DNA from: an uncultured bacterium
GTDB lineage: Bacteria; Patescibacteriota; Minisyncoccia; Phycocordibacterales; GWA1-40-21
DNA: 64,000 nucleotides
Direction: 5' to 3'
NCBI GenBank assembly: GCA_963798465.1
Contig: CAWCTC010000001.1
Location: 4,315 to 68,314, forward strand
Both the position numbers and the translations under genes were made by a program. Positions 10,274 through 20,569 of the stretch are shown here, piece after piece (the first letter of the stretch is position 1; every line of letters begins with the position of its first letter). The notes under the pieces were generated by a model. The model had not been told where the DNA came from and made no database searches. It saw nothing but the letters and a program-made list of their open reading frames with translations.

Positions 10274-10305
<32 letters not shown>

Positions 10306-10810
10306 TCACTGTCTGAGAAAAATCACCACCTTAAGTGTACTTAACATAGATTTAGGGACCTTAAATAGAGATCCGGGCTGTTTCCCTTTTGACCATGGGG
10401 CTTAGCCCCCACAGTCTAACTGCCGAATAATTTACTTCATGGTATTCGGAGTTTGATAGGTCTTGCGATATTTCGACCTGTCAAGACCTTCCAGTGCTCT
10501 ACCCCCAGAAGGAACATGCAACGCTAGCCCAAAAGCTATTTCGGAGAGAACCAGCTATTACCAGGCTCGATTAGCTTTTCACTTCTTACCTCAAGTCATC
10601 CGAGAGTATTGCACGGCTCACCGGTTCGGACCTCCCCTCTGATTTCTCAAAGGTTCATCCTGCTCAAGATAAGCTCGCTCTGGCTTCGGGTCTGATGTAT
10701 AAAACAAACGCGCTATTCACACTCGGTTTCCCTATGGCTCCACCCGGTAAAGGGCTTAGCCTGCTTCATACATCAACTCGTTGGCTCATTCTTCAATAGG
10801 CACGCCGTGA

Positions 10811-10920
10811 CGGACAGCACATAACAAGTCAAAATTTATAAAGTCGAAATTCGAAATAAATGCTATTGCATATCCTTTAGACTTTATGGACTTTGGACTT
10901 TTCACTGGCTTGTGCTGCCC
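10811..10920 (-). other. 23S expansion hairpin (domain II variable helix)
   Basis: GGGCAGCACAAGCC...GGCTTGTGCTGTCCG-type long hairpin of ~110 nt, inserted between conserved GGAGTCGGAGC and TCACGGCGTGCCTATTGAAG. Confidence 0.5.
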
Positions 10921-10978
10921 GCTCCGACTCCTTGTAAGCATATGGTTTCAGGTCTATTTCACTGCCCTCACCGGGCTG

Positions 10979-11015
<37 letters not shown>

Positions 11016-11228
11016 ATCTCTAAAAATATTTAGCCTTACCGGTTAGTTCCGGCAGATTCCCTCAAGCTTTTCGTGTCCTGAGGTACTCAAGAATAATAAC
11101 GGAAAAGATATTTTATTTTCGCTTACGGGACTATTACCCACTAGGGTTCTGCTTCCCAGCAGATTCTGCTAACAAAATATTTTGTAACTTTTCTCATCTA
11201 TAAATAAATGACGTCATCATCTTACTAC

Positions 11229-11520
11229 ACCGATCACAAACTTTATGTACAAATTTTTCGTACTAAATAGTGGAGGCGAGTCATAGAATTTTTTTAGTGT
11301 TCTATGTTGTTACTCGCCCGTGGAGCTTGTTAGTCACAAGACAAAAAATCGGGGAAACCGAATGATCCTGTTAAAAATAACTAACTCACCTGGATATCCA
11401 ATTTCAGAGCTGCAGCCCTGAGTGCGGTTTCCAATAATTGAGAAACCCTATTGGGAATATCCTAATGCTCTCCACTATTTAATACAAAAAATAAATTTAT
11501 ACACAAAGTTTGTGATCGGT
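11229..11520 (-). other. ~290-nt structured insertion in 23S domain I
   Basis: Closed by a 16-bp stem (11229-11244 with 11505-11520, ACCGATCACAAACTTT/AAAGTTTGTGATCGGT), then an 11-bp stem (AAATAGTGGAG/CTCCACTATTT). Lies just 3' of AGTAGCGGCGAGCGAA in rRNA sense. No ORF. Confidence 0.5.
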
Positions 11521-12212
11521 TTGGGCTGTTTCCTTTTCGCTCGCCGCTACTAGGGAAATGTTGTTACTTGCGTAACATTGTTTTCTATTCCTCCAGGTAC
11601 TGAAATGTTTTACTTCCCTGGGTATGCATATTGCATCAAGTGCAATATAACCAATAAAATTGGCTGAGTTACCTCATTCGGAAATCTCTGGATCAAAGGT
11701 TGCTAAGCACCTCCCCAAAGCTTATCGCAGCTTAACTACGTCCTTCATCGCTTATTAGAGTCAAGGCATCCACCGTACGCCCTTAAATTTCCCATTAGGA
11801 AATTTAAAAACCACAATCTTTAAAAGTTTACGTTATAAACTTTAAATTTGTTTTAACCTGTTATATGGAATCAATTCCGTATAACAGTCTTATCAAAATT
11901 AATTGATAAAATTTTTTTAAATCATTTCAATCTCTCTCCAAGAAAAATTGAATGATTCACCTGCCTGCCTATAGCATCTATAAAAGACCCAATCCACTTA
12001 TCATGGAAAATTGGTAATGCTATGACAGAATGAAGATGTAAATTTTAATTATCATCCGCTAGGATAATCTCTGAAATCTTAATCTTATTTTTCAAGTTTC
12101 AATCTTTCTGATGAAAAAATCGCCTTTCGGCGACTAGTAGACAACATCAAAGATGCATCTATATAAGCCGCTTTAAAATTGATTTCTTGTATAACATATC
12201 TGTGTAAGAACG

Positions 12213-12386
12213 AGTATATAGGAAAGTAGAATAAAGTCAAGGAAAATAAGGAGTAAAACGACTATATTTTCTTGACCCAGTGCCTTTTTCCAATATAGCC
12301 ATAAATTTCAACATTATTTTTATATAACAAATATAATGATACTAAATTATGTGGGTAAATTTTTAAGAAAATGGCGGGGGTCAAGG
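12213..12386 (-). promoter_or_regulatory. rRNA promoter (TTGACT-N16-TATACT) plus conserved upstream structured module, copy P1
   Basis: -35 at 12235-12240 and -10 at 12213-12218 (minus strand). Upstream arms are TTGACCCCCGCCATTTTC / GAAAAAGGCACTGGGTCAA and GTCAAGGAAAATA / TATTTTCTTGAC. Confidence 0.55.
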
Positions 12387-12480
12387 ATTTTACAGGTTAA
12401 AATCAGATAGTTCTCTACAGGTTATCCCCAGTTTTATTTTTACCCTTATTTTCCAATATTTTTTGATATTTTGATAATAA

Positions 12481-12505
12481 AAAAACTAGGTTTTACCTAG
12501 TTTTT
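12481..12505. terminator. Terminator downstream of ndk
   Basis: AAAAACTAGGTTTTACCTAGTTTTT hairpin with flanking A/T runs. Confidence 0.6.
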
Positions 12506-12533
12506 AAATTTTTTTTTAGTGTTTATGAATGAA

Positions 12534-13127
12534 TTATTCAAGAATACTATCCAGATTTACATCATAAAGCATTTTTTCTTGAATGGAAGTATAGCTGATT
12601 ATTTCTTCAGGTTTTATCCAGATTTTTATTTCTCTTTCGGCTTCTGCCGGCTTATCCGAACAATGAATGAGGTTCCTAACTGCTCTTCCGTCGGCGTCCG
12701 CTAAAGTATAAGAATCCAAAGTAAAATCTCCTCTTATTGTTCCTACATCCGACGTTAAAGGTTCAGTACTTCCGACAAGTTTTTTTACAATCCCAACAGA
12801 TTGGTTTCCTTCTATCACCATGATTACGACAGGTCCAGCTGTCATGAATTTTACGAGTCTGCCGATTATTTCTTTTCCATATTCCAAAGCTGGTTTTGTA
12901 ACTTCTGCTCCGCGTGCAGTTCTGTCATTTACTATTTTTGTACCCTTCTCCAAAAACCAGACATCATCTTTGTTGTAATGCAACCAACATTGTTCTTCAG
13001 TTGGAATGGCCATTTTCATGGCAACAATTTTCAAACCAGTTCTTTCAATTCTGCTTATGATTTCACCTATGAAATTTCTTTGAACTCCGTCGGGTTTTAT
13101 AATTACAAAAGACTTTTCGTTTTTCAT
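12534..13127 (-). CDS. ndk: Nucleoside diphosphate kinase (with C-terminal extension)
   Basis: MKNEKSFVIIKPDGVQRNFIGEIISRIERTGLKIVAMKM...GTIRGDF...NLIHCSD (active-site His region). Confidence 0.9.
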   Translation of the reverse strand: MKNEKSFVIIKPDGVQRNFIGEIISRIERTGLKIVAMKMAIPTEEQCWLHYNKDDVWFLEKGTKIVNDRTARGAEVTKPALEYGKEIIGRLVKFMTAGPVVIMVIEGNQSVGIVKKLVGSTEPLTSDVGTIRGDFTLDSYTLADADGRAVRNLIHCSDKPAEAEREIKIWIKPEEIISYTSIQEKMLYDVNLDSILE

Positions 13128-13314
13128 TTATTTATTTTTTATAAAAATTAATTAATAATTAAACTTTAGGTGTTGTAGGTGCGCTCACGACTTCAGACTT
13201 CTTAACGCTGATCGATTTGCGAAGATGTAATCATCTGAGCAAAGCGAGTCGTATTCTGCTGCCCGCGTTGGCGGGCTCACATTACGTAAAGAAAACCTGG
13301 CATGAAAAACTGCA

Positions 13315-16077
13315 TTAAAGCGGTTTTTCATTTTTCTTATATTTTTCCATAATCGCTTCCTCAACTTCTGCTCGGTCGCGACCATACTTAAGATATGATA
13401 ATTCTTTGATTTTATCAAGCAAAAGTTTGTTTCCTCTTGGCGGAAGATTTGTTTCCATACTAAATGGTTTTATCGGTTGGCCATTTGCGAGCATTTTTAC
13501 ATATGAGTTGTGCATCTGCAAATTCATCAAATCTTTTGGTGTGAATACTGGAGCAAATTGTTTCGCCAAATATTCTGCATCTTCAGAGCTGACGCGGAAT
13601 GCAGCCATCGAGCCGACGTTTCCAAATACAGCGTTCTTAATTCTTTCATCAAGTTGTGCAATATATTGATGAGCAACTGTAAGCGCTAATTTATATTTCC
13701 TTGCCTCTGAAAGAATCATGGAAATAGAATCTGTTGTTACATTTTGGAACTCATCAATGTAAAGATAAAATGGTGGCAAATCTGTTCCAAAAGAATCCAC
13801 ACGCGACATAGCCGCCATTTGAAGTTTGCCGACAATAATAAGCCCGATGAGATTTGAATTGATTTCTCCAAGTCTTCCTTTTGCAAGATTTACAAGCAAG
13901 ATTTTCTTATTGTCCATGATATCTCTGAAATTGAATGCGGATTTTTCCTGAGAAACTATCGGGCGCATAATATCGTTTGAAAGAAATACGTCAAATTTGT
14001 TCGTGATGTACGGAACAAAATTAGCAAGTCCGCTCTCGCCGGTAGTTTTTACGGCATTTGCCCAAAATTGATTTATGAGAGGATTCTTGCATTTAGAAAG
14101 TTTCATTTCTCTGAAAGTTTTATCAGAAAGGACGCGGGCGATATCAAGAAGAGTATTTCCAGATTCCGGATCTTCCATCACGAGCAACGCGGAATTTCTA
14201 AAGTATTGTTCAAAAGCCGGACCTCCAGCAACTTTCATGTCAAAAAGCTTATTGAAAATAGAAAGCATTTCATTAACAACGAAAGTTTTTTGTTCCGGAA
14301 ATTTTCTATCGTATTCAAGCATGTTCAAACCCATAGGTCTTTCAGTGTGACTCGGATCAAAATATATTACGTCTTCATATCTTTCCGGCGGAATAAATGA
14401 AAGAACTTCCTGAATATCCGAACCATGAGGATCAATCATGCAAACGCCTTCGCCATTCAAAATATCTTGTCGTATCATCGTCTTCAAAAGAGTCGTCTTA
14501 CCTGTACCGGTTTGTCCTATGATATAAAAATGTCGCAATCTGTCTTCAACTGTAATTCTTATCGGTGTTCTTACATTCCTGTGGACATTAGTTCCAAGCA
14601 AAATTCCATGATCCGGCAAATCAAGCGGTGCCGGCGCAGTAATCGCGTTTGACTGTTTAAGCTGCGATGCTTCGCTGAAATCATTTTCCGGAAGATGAAA
14701 GAGAGTTGTGAGTTCTTTCAAATTTAAAACCAAATCATTTTTCTCGTTGAAAATTCTGAAAGAAAAATCGCGGGACATTTTCAAAAGTTCGCTTCCTTCA
14801 ATTCTTTTGAATCTAAATTTATTCCCCTTCGTATTTTCAAATTGATTGAAAGATGATTCAATATCGGAAAGAATTGCTCCGGCTTCCTCTCTAGAATTTG
14901 ACGAAGCCATTATCCTTATATTCACGCTCGCGAGCGGAGCATCAATTTTTAATTTTATATTATCTATAATATCCTGATGTGAATCTTGAGGTTTTTTCTC
15001 ATCATCTGTCTTTTTATTCGAACTTAAAATCTCTTTTCCTACCTGTTTGAAAATACCGGCAAAAGAGATGTCCGCTTTTTCGTAAGCTTCTTTTAATTTT
15101 GCGCCTTTTTCAACTTCTTTCAGGACTCTTTTATACAAACTCATTTCATTAGGTGCCGGCTTGACTATTATCTGTATTGCGGCTCCCTCGCCGTTCTTGT
15201 CCACCTTTGAAAAACTGTTCAAAATAATTTTCAGCGGATCATAATCATAATTGTCATATGTCTTTATTGGAAAAATATCGTCAGTTGAAAACTCCGCATA
15301 GGAACCGACAAAATCTCCGGCCTCATTAAAAATATTATAATCATCTTTTTTCTCGGTAATCCTTACGTCCGAAAAAGTGGATTGTATTTGTGTTTCAAAA
15401 AGGGTTTTTTTGCTGTCCGGCACGGCGATATAAAAAATTATTTCACTGCTGAAATTCGCCTTCGTCAGTTCCAAAACAAAATAGTGATTGTAACTATCGT
15501 CATTGTCTTCCACCGAAAACATGCCGGAATAAAACTGTTCCATCTTTGAAATAAGTTCTTCTAGTGCCTTATTTTTTTGGGTTTCATCTTTATTTATTCC
15601 AGGGAGTGAAACTTCAAAAAGCGTCATCTTGAGCGCTTTAAAAATAGGATTTTTTTCGTTGTCATTTGCAACTCTGAAACCGGCTTTTATATATTGAACC
15701 AAAAATCTGTGAAAATCATCTTCAACATGCGGATCTTTTAATCTTTCGACAATTGAAAGAGCATTCAAAACTCCTTTTTCTTGAAGTACATTTACAAGCT
15801 CTCCCATTTTTTCATCGTGAGCTTCAGGAGACAAATCAAGTACAATTGCTTCAACTTCATGCTGTTTTAAAATATAATCTTTATCTAGAATATCTTCTGG
15901 CTTTTTTTCGGCATGTTCGGCCAATTCCCTTTTTATTACTTCTTCTCTTGAAATCACCTCACCTTTTTCGGCTAGCATTTTTTCATGACTTGAAACTTTT
16001 GCACGCAAATAATTTAGCTCCTCTTCCGGAGTTTTAAATTTTTGTTCTATTCCTTCATTTCCGAATTGTTCAGCCAT
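13315..16077 (-). CDS. Type IV coupling protein-like (TraD/VirD4/TrwB-family) P-loop ATPase with large uncharacterised N-terminal half
   Basis: Walker A is YIIGQTGTGKTTLL and Walker B is FYLYIDEFQNV. The C-terminal block KYKLALTVAHQYIAQL...GNVGSMAAFRV is typical of T4CP/TraG-D_C. I set the start at MAEQFGNEG (16077) because the leader motif abuts that ATG. The track ORF extends to 16110. Confidence 0.75.
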   Translation of the reverse strand: MAEQFGNEGIEQKFKTPEEELNYLRAKVSSHEKMLAEKGEVISREEVIKRELAEHAEKKPEDILDKDYILKQHEVEAIVLDLSPEAHDEKMGELVNVLQEKGVLNALSIVERLKDPHVEDDFHRFLVQYIKAGFRVANDNEKNPIFKALKMTLFEVSLPGINKDETQKNKALEELISKMEQFYSGMFSVEDNDDSYNHYFVLELTKANFSSEIIFYIAVPDSKKTLFETQIQSTFSDVRITEKKDDYNIFNEAGDFVGSYAEFSTDDIFPIKTYDNYDYDPLKIILNSFSKVDKNGEGAAIQIIVKPAPNEMSLYKRVLKEVEKGAKLKEAYEKADISFAGIFKQVGKEILSSNKKTDDEKKPQDSHQDIIDNIKLKIDAPLASVNIRIMASSNSREEAGAILSDIESSFNQFENTKGNKFRFKRIEGSELLKMSRDFSFRIFNEKNDLVLNLKELTTLFHLPENDFSEASQLKQSNAITAPAPLDLPDHGILLGTNVHRNVRTPIRITVEDRLRHFYIIGQTGTGKTTLLKTMIRQDILNGEGVCMIDPHGSDIQEVLSFIPPERYEDVIYFDPSHTERPMGLNMLEYDRKFPEQKTFVVNEMLSIFNKLFDMKVAGGPAFEQYFRNSALLVMEDPESGNTLLDIARVLSDKTFREMKLSKCKNPLINQFWANAVKTTGESGLANFVPYITNKFDVFLSNDIMRPIVSQEKSAFNFRDIMDNKKILLVNLAKGRLGEINSNLIGLIIVGKLQMAAMSRVDSFGTDLPPFYLYIDEFQNVTTDSISMILSEARKYKLALTVAHQYIAQLDERIKNAVFGNVGSMAAFRVSSEDAEYLAKQFAPVFTPKDLMNLQMHNSYVKMLANGQPIKPFSMETNLPPRGNKLLLDKIKELSYLKYGRDRAEVEEAIMEKYKKNEKPL

Positions 16078-16127
16078 AATTAATTTTGCAAAATTACGTC
16101 GTGCAATCATCCTTTAAGCGCAACGCT
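16078..16127 (-). promoter_or_regulatory. Two-hairpin leader motif, copy 3
   Basis: Coding strand: GTTGCGC-TTAAAGGATGATT-GCACGAC-GTAATTTTGCAAAATTAATT-ATG. Confidence 0.55.
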
Positions 16128-16187
16128 ATGCAAATTATATCATAATAAATTGATATTTTGCACCAATAATGCCTCAATCTTCTCTCT

Positions 16188-17210
16188 CTAACTCTTAGCT
16201 AATCTTTTTTCTATTAAAATCTGCTTCACTTTTTCATAAGATTCATGATCAATACCCATATCAGATAAAATCCTAAAAGATCCTTTACCAAAAGAATTTT
16301 CTATTAGACGTCCTATTTCTAAAATATTTCCTGAAAAATGAGCTAGAAAGAATTTCTCCATAACTTCATCTTTTGTTAATGAACTGTCATCCTGCAAAAT
16401 AGAATCAACGACAAAATTTAGTACCTCTCTTTCATTTGGATAAATATAATAACTAAGCATTTTTTCAGAAGGATATATAAACTCTATTTCTGAAGGATCG
16501 ATACCCGCTTCGGAGGCTACTTTTGCTTTTTCTTCAAAATCCATATATGGCTCTTTTGGTATATTCTGAGAACTTGAAATGAGGACTGGCAAAAGTTTCT
16601 TCTCAAGTTCAACAACCACAGCTTCATTTAATCCTTTAAATTTTACTGAAAAAGGTTCATCATTTTCTTCTATTCTTCTCATATTTGAAGCAACTTTTAA
16701 TCCCTCTCTAAATAGACCGCTGTGAATTATTCTATCTTTAGGATTTTTGCTGTCTTTATCAAAAAATTCAAATATCTGATCTGATTGGTATCCTTTAAAA
16801 TGTATAGCTTCGTGCAAAATTTTACCAACATTTTCCATATTCGGTTCATTCTCAGAGTGTTTGACAAAAATTGCTTGATTAACAGAACTATAACAAGCAT
16901 TCGTATTTTTAAGACCTCCAGCAAATTTTTTATAAATATCTTCGCCAATAATATGTACATTATTTTCTTTCAAATCAAATGGTTTAAGTCCATACTCAAC
17001 GAGTAAATCATTAGTTATAGTATTTGCAAGATTGATTGTCTCAATATCAATCAAAGTTTTTTCTTTTTCGGCTTTTAACAATTCATTCACATCCTCTTGT
17101 GATAGCTCTGCCGAATAACCCTTTGCATAACTTTCTTTTATATTTACAATTTTCTCTTCCTTAAGATCTTCACTTGCATTGCCATGTATAAATATTTTTG
17201 GTTTTTCCAT
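16188..17210 (-). CDS. Hypothetical protein with HExxH motif (possible zinc metallopeptidase)
   Basis: 340 aa. The only recognisable feature is KILHEAIHFKGY (HEAIH). It sits immediately upstream of, and is co-oriented with, the T4CP-like ATPase. Confidence 0.45.
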   Translation of the reverse strand: MEKPKIFIHGNASEDLKEEKIVNIKESYAKGYSAELSQEDVNELLKAEKEKTLIDIETINLANTITNDLLVEYGLKPFDLKENNVHIIGEDIYKKFAGGLKNTNACYSSVNQAIFVKHSENEPNMENVGKILHEAIHFKGYQSDQIFEFFDKDSKNPKDRIIHSGLFREGLKVASNMRRIEENDEPFSVKFKGLNEAVVVELEKKLLPVLISSSQNIPKEPYMDFEEKAKVASEAGIDPSEIEFIYPSEKMLSYYIYPNEREVLNFVVDSILQDDSSLTKDEVMEKFFLAHFSGNILEIGRLIENSFGKGSFRILSDMGIDHESYEKVKQILIEKRLAKS

Positions 17211-17254
17211 TTTTTTTAGTTAAATTAGCAACAATTATATTTGTTACACATATA

Positions 17255-18025
17255 TTAAATCTTTGTCAATATTTCCGGCTCGCCGCTTGTAATCAAAACA
17301 GTATGTTCAAAATGTGCACTTCTTGACGCATCTACAGTTTTAAAAGTATATCCATCCTTGTCTATAAAAACATCCTTCGCGCCTTCGTTTATCATCGGTT
17401 CTATGGCAATAATCATTCCCGGTTTTAATCTGTCACCGCTTCCTCTATCACCATAATTCGGAATATAAGGATCTTCGTGAACGCTGTATCCGACTCCATG
17501 TCCGCACAAATCTTCGACAACAGAAAATCCATTCGCCTTGGCAACTCTTTCAACCGCAAAACCTATATCACCGGTATGTTTATTTCCTTTTGCAGATTTT
17601 ATTCCGGCATACAATGCTTCCTTTGTAACTTCAATAAGTTTTTTTGAAACGGAATCAATATTTCCAACTGGCACTGTAATTGCAGAATCTGTTACTAAAC
17701 CTTTGTGCGTGAGACACATGTCTAAAGAAACAATATCTCCTTCTTTCAAAATTTTTGGATTTTCATTCGGTATCCCGTGGACGACCTCATCATTTATGGA
17801 AACGCAAATGGAAGCAGGATACGGTCTCTTGGCACCTTTAGGTTTATAATTTAATTCAGAAGGAATATCTCCTTTTTCTTTTGCCAACTTTGTCGCAAGA
17901 TCATTTAATTCTGCCGTGGAAACTCCAGGTTTTGCCGCTTTACCGACTTCTTGCAATATGAAAGCTAGGCGTTTTCCACCTTCTCTCAATTTTTCTATTT
18001 CCTCTTTGGTCTTGATTGTTATCAT
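17255..18025 (-). CDS. map: Methionine aminopeptidase type I
   Basis: 256 aa. Contains ...SICVSINDEVVHGIP..., DIVSLDM, GHGVGYSVHEDP, IAIEPM, FEHTVLIT (metal ligands). Confidence 0.92.
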   Translation of the reverse strand: MITIKTKEEIEKLREGGKRLAFILQEVGKAAKPGVSTAELNDLATKLAKEKGDIPSELNYKPKGAKRPYPASICVSINDEVVHGIPNENPKILKEGDIVSLDMCLTHKGLVTDSAITVPVGNIDSVSKKLIEVTKEALYAGIKSAKGNKHTGDIGFAVERVAKANGFSVVEDLCGHGVGYSVHEDPYIPNYGDRGSGDRLKPGMIIAIEPMINEGAKDVFIDKDGYTFKTVDASRSAHFEHTVLITSGEPEILTKI

Positions 18026-18062
18026 AATCAGGCTTTAATATACGCCAAGGCCCATAAAAATC

Positions 18063-18088
18063 AAATCCCCGCATTCAAGCGGGGATTT
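18063..18088. terminator. Terminator between adk and map
   Basis: AAATCCCCGCATTCAAGCGGGGATTT hairpin. Confidence 0.6.
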
Positions 18089-18095
18089 GATTTTT

Positions 18096-18719
18096 TTATT
18101 TATTAAATACTTTTTTCATTATTTCTTCGGACACCTGTTCAATCGTCTGTTCTCCGTTTATTTCTATAAATTCGCAATTTTCATTGTTTTTAAAAAATTC
18201 CACGCAAGGCAGAACATCCGCATCAAACCAAGACATTCTGTTTGCAATCCCGTCCTTGGTATCATCAGCACGTCCTCTCGCAAGAAGTCTTGCCGTTGCC
18301 CATTCTTTACTTACGTTTATATAAACGACTCTATATTTTTTAATTTGGTAAAATTTCAATGTTCCATCAAGCAAGAGCGCTTCAGTGAGTCTTCTAGGAG
18401 CGCCATCAAAAACCAAATTTTCATTGTTTGTAAAATTATCTATAAGATAATTTACCCAAAGTCCTATCACTATTGATTCTGGCATAAGTTTTCCGGTTTC
18501 AAGTATTTCTTTTGTTTTCTCTGCTGTAAATGAAGTTGTTTTTACTAAAGCTCTCAAAAGAGAACCTGTTTCTATATGAAGAGTTTTCAATCCGTTAATT
18601 TCTTTTATTTTATTCATGTAAAGAGCGACTTGTGTTCCCTTTCCACAACCAGATCTGCCCATAAAAATACATGCTTCCAAGCCTGATGAATTTTCTTTGT
18701 CGTTTGAAATATTTGTCAT
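18096..18719 (-). CDS. adk: Adenylate kinase family protein
   Basis: P-loop FMGRSGCGKGTQ, then ...FDGAPRRLTEA..., LARGRADD (LID-region arginines). Sits in the secY-adk-map context. Confidence 0.8.
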   Translation of the reverse strand: MTNISNDKENSSGLEACIFMGRSGCGKGTQVALYMNKIKEINGLKTLHIETGSLLRALVKTTSFTAEKTKEILETGKLMPESIVIGLWVNYLIDNFTNNENLVFDGAPRRLTEALLLDGTLKFYQIKKYRVVYINVSKEWATARLLARGRADDTKDGIANRMSWFDADVLPCVEFFKNNENCEFIEINGEQTIEQVSEEIMKKVFNK

Positions 18720-18776
18720 GAAAAAGATTATATCATAAATTAAAAATTAGAATATAGTATTTAGATTTTAAAATAC

Positions 18777-18810
18777 AAAGAGGGTTTTCGCTTCGCGAAA
18801 ACCCTCTTTG
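18777..18810. terminator. Terminator between secY and adk
   Basis: CAAAGAGGGTTTTCGCTTCGCGAAAACCCTCTTTG perfect hairpin. Confidence 0.7.
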
Positions 18811-18838
18811 TATTTGCATTTATCTTATAACTTTCGTA

Positions 18839-20110
18839 TTAGTATTCTCTCATCGTTATCTGAGCTTGCACTTTCTTTATCAAATCAATAAGAACAGAAA
18901 CCACGATAAGCAACGCAGTTCCTCCGACGGCTATTGAAGATATTCCTGTAATAGATTGTATTGCTATTGGCAAAACGGCGATAACGCCAAGAAAGAGAGC
19001 ACCAACCAAAGTAATTCTTGTTAGAATATTGGCCACATAATCCGATGTTGAAATTCCAGGTCTTACTCCGGGAATGAATGCTCCGCTTTGCTGAAGATTT
19101 TTCGACATCTGTTCAGGATCAAAAGTGACTGCCGTGTAAAAATATGTGAATAAAACGACAAGAATAAAATACAGCGAGCCGTTAACCCAGGCATTTGCAA
19201 AAAATATATTCAAAGATGATGCCACAGTTTTCAAAGTTGGATTTGTCGCTATCTGAATTATGTATTTGAATATCATCTGTGGAAAAAGAAGAATGGACAT
19301 TGCAAAAATTATCGGAATCACTCCAGCTTGATTCAATCGTAGTGGTATATATGTTGAAACTCCTCCGGAAGTTTTTGAACCAGTTATTCTTTTTGCATAA
19401 GTGACTGGAATAGGTCTTTCCGCTTCCGAAATAAAAACGATTCCATAAATTACGATAAGCGAAATTACTATGACCAATAAATACATAGGAATTTGTGAAA
19501 TATCAAAAGATGCGCTCATCTGTGAAATGGCCGTGGGTATTCTTGATACGATACCGGCAAAGATAAGAAGAGAAGTTCCATTTCCTATTCCAAACTCTGT
19601 CATAAGTTCTCCTATCCACATCAGCAAGATTGAACCGGCGGTTATTATTAAAATATTTACAATCATTTCAACACCGCTCAAAGTCGGTATGACTCCGGAT
19701 TTTTCAAGCAATATTAAAAAGCCAAAACCTTGTGCGAGTGCAATCGGAACTGTAAGTAATCTTGAAATCTGCGTAAATTTTCTTCTGCCAATTTCTCCTT
19801 CTTCCTGATACATTTCTTTCACTTTTGAAGACATCATCGTAAGAAGCTGCATGATAATCGATGAAGTGACAAAAGGACCGACTCCCAACATTACAATAGA
19901 AAGTTTGCTCAAGCCTCCTCCGGAAAATACGTTTAGAAAATTAAGGACATCGTTGCCGGCAAAAAATGAATTCAATCTGCTCGTGTCAATTCCAGGTATT
20001 GGAATTGCGGCAAGCAATCTTGAAATAAGCAGCGCTCCAAGAATAAAGAGAAGTCTTCCTCTAAGGCCTTTATCTTGAAAAACCATTTTTATTTTGCCAA
20101 AAAAGTCCAT
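18839..20110 (-). CDS. secY: Preprotein translocase subunit SecY
   Basis: 423 aa with 10 TM segments. Contains ...LSIVMLGVGPFVTSSIIMQLL..., GEIGRRKFTQISR, and the operon context. Confidence 0.95.
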   Translation of the reverse strand: MDFFGKIKMVFQDKGLRGRLLFILGALLISRLLAAIPIPGIDTSRLNSFFAGNDVLNFLNVFSGGGLSKLSIVMLGVGPFVTSSIIMQLLTMMSSKVKEMYQEEGEIGRRKFTQISRLLTVPIALAQGFGFLILLEKSGVIPTLSGVEMIVNILIITAGSILLMWIGELMTEFGIGNGTSLLIFAGIVSRIPTAISQMSASFDISQIPMYLLVIVISLIVIYGIVFISEAERPIPVTYAKRITGSKTSGGVSTYIPLRLNQAGVIPIIFAMSILLFPQMIFKYIIQIATNPTLKTVASSLNIFFANAWVNGSLYFILVVLFTYFYTAVTFDPEQMSKNLQQSGAFIPGVRPGISTSDYVANILTRITLVGALFLGVIAVLPIAIQSITGISSIAVGGTALLIVVSVLIDLIKKVQAQITMREY

Positions 20111-20121
20111 TTTATTTTATT

Positions 20122-20553
20122 TTATTTTACCGATCCTCCAGCTTTTTCTATTTTTGTTTTTGCTTCAACTGATACTTTGCATCCGGAAACATTCAATTTT
20201 TTGGAAAGATCGCCCAAACCTAGTATTTTTACTTTTGGATTTTTACCAAGTCTTGTTTCGAGTGCGCCGATTTTTACCAAATATGATGGAGTAACAGAAT
20301 CGCCGTTTGAACATGCGATTTCAAGCTGACCGACATTAATGACAACAAATTTATCGTTGATTGATTTAAAAGAATAACCTCTGAGCTTAGGCATCTTCTT
20401 TATAATATCTCTCATCTCCGGTCTTAATTTGTGACCGGCTCTTGCCGTTTGCCCTTTTCCTCCTCTGCCGGATGTCTTTCCTCTTTTTCCTCCTCTTCCG
20501 ACAATCGCAGTCTTTTTATTTTTTGTTATTCTTTTAAGATTATGAATTTGCAT
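20122..20553 (-). CDS. rplO: 50S ribosomal protein L15
   Basis: MQIHNLKRITKNKKTAIVGRGGKRGKTSGRGGKGQTARAGHKLRPE... Confidence 0.9.
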   Translation of the reverse strand: MQIHNLKRITKNKKTAIVGRGGKRGKTSGRGGKGQTARAGHKLRPEMRDIIKKMPKLRGYSFKSINDKFVVINVGQLEIACSNGDSVTPSYLVKIGALETRLGKNPKVKILGLGDLSKKLNVSGCKVSVEAKTKIEKAGGSVK

Positions 20554-20569
20554 GGTAGTGAATTATTTT

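Noticed and set aside
10880-10902. Shared GACTTTATGGACTTT(G/C)GACT between the 23S expansion hairpin and the rplN-rplX spacer (24305-24324)
   Set aside because: A 15-mer exact match, or 20 of 21 overall, between two sites in 64 kb of AT-biased sequence is within chance expectation. There is no third copy and no shared context.
11836-12533. Search for 16S rRNA or spacer tRNAs upstream of the 23S
   Set aside because: The region contains only a leader, the promoter module and the ndk terminator. I saw no 16S 3' end and no tRNA T-arm (GGTTCGAATCC-like) sequence here or, by eye, elsewhere in the window.
13185-13418. Track ORF 13185-13418 (77 aa)
   Set aside because: It overlaps the 3' end of the ATPase gene and the GC-rich spacer. 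It has no start context and no similarity to anything recognisable.
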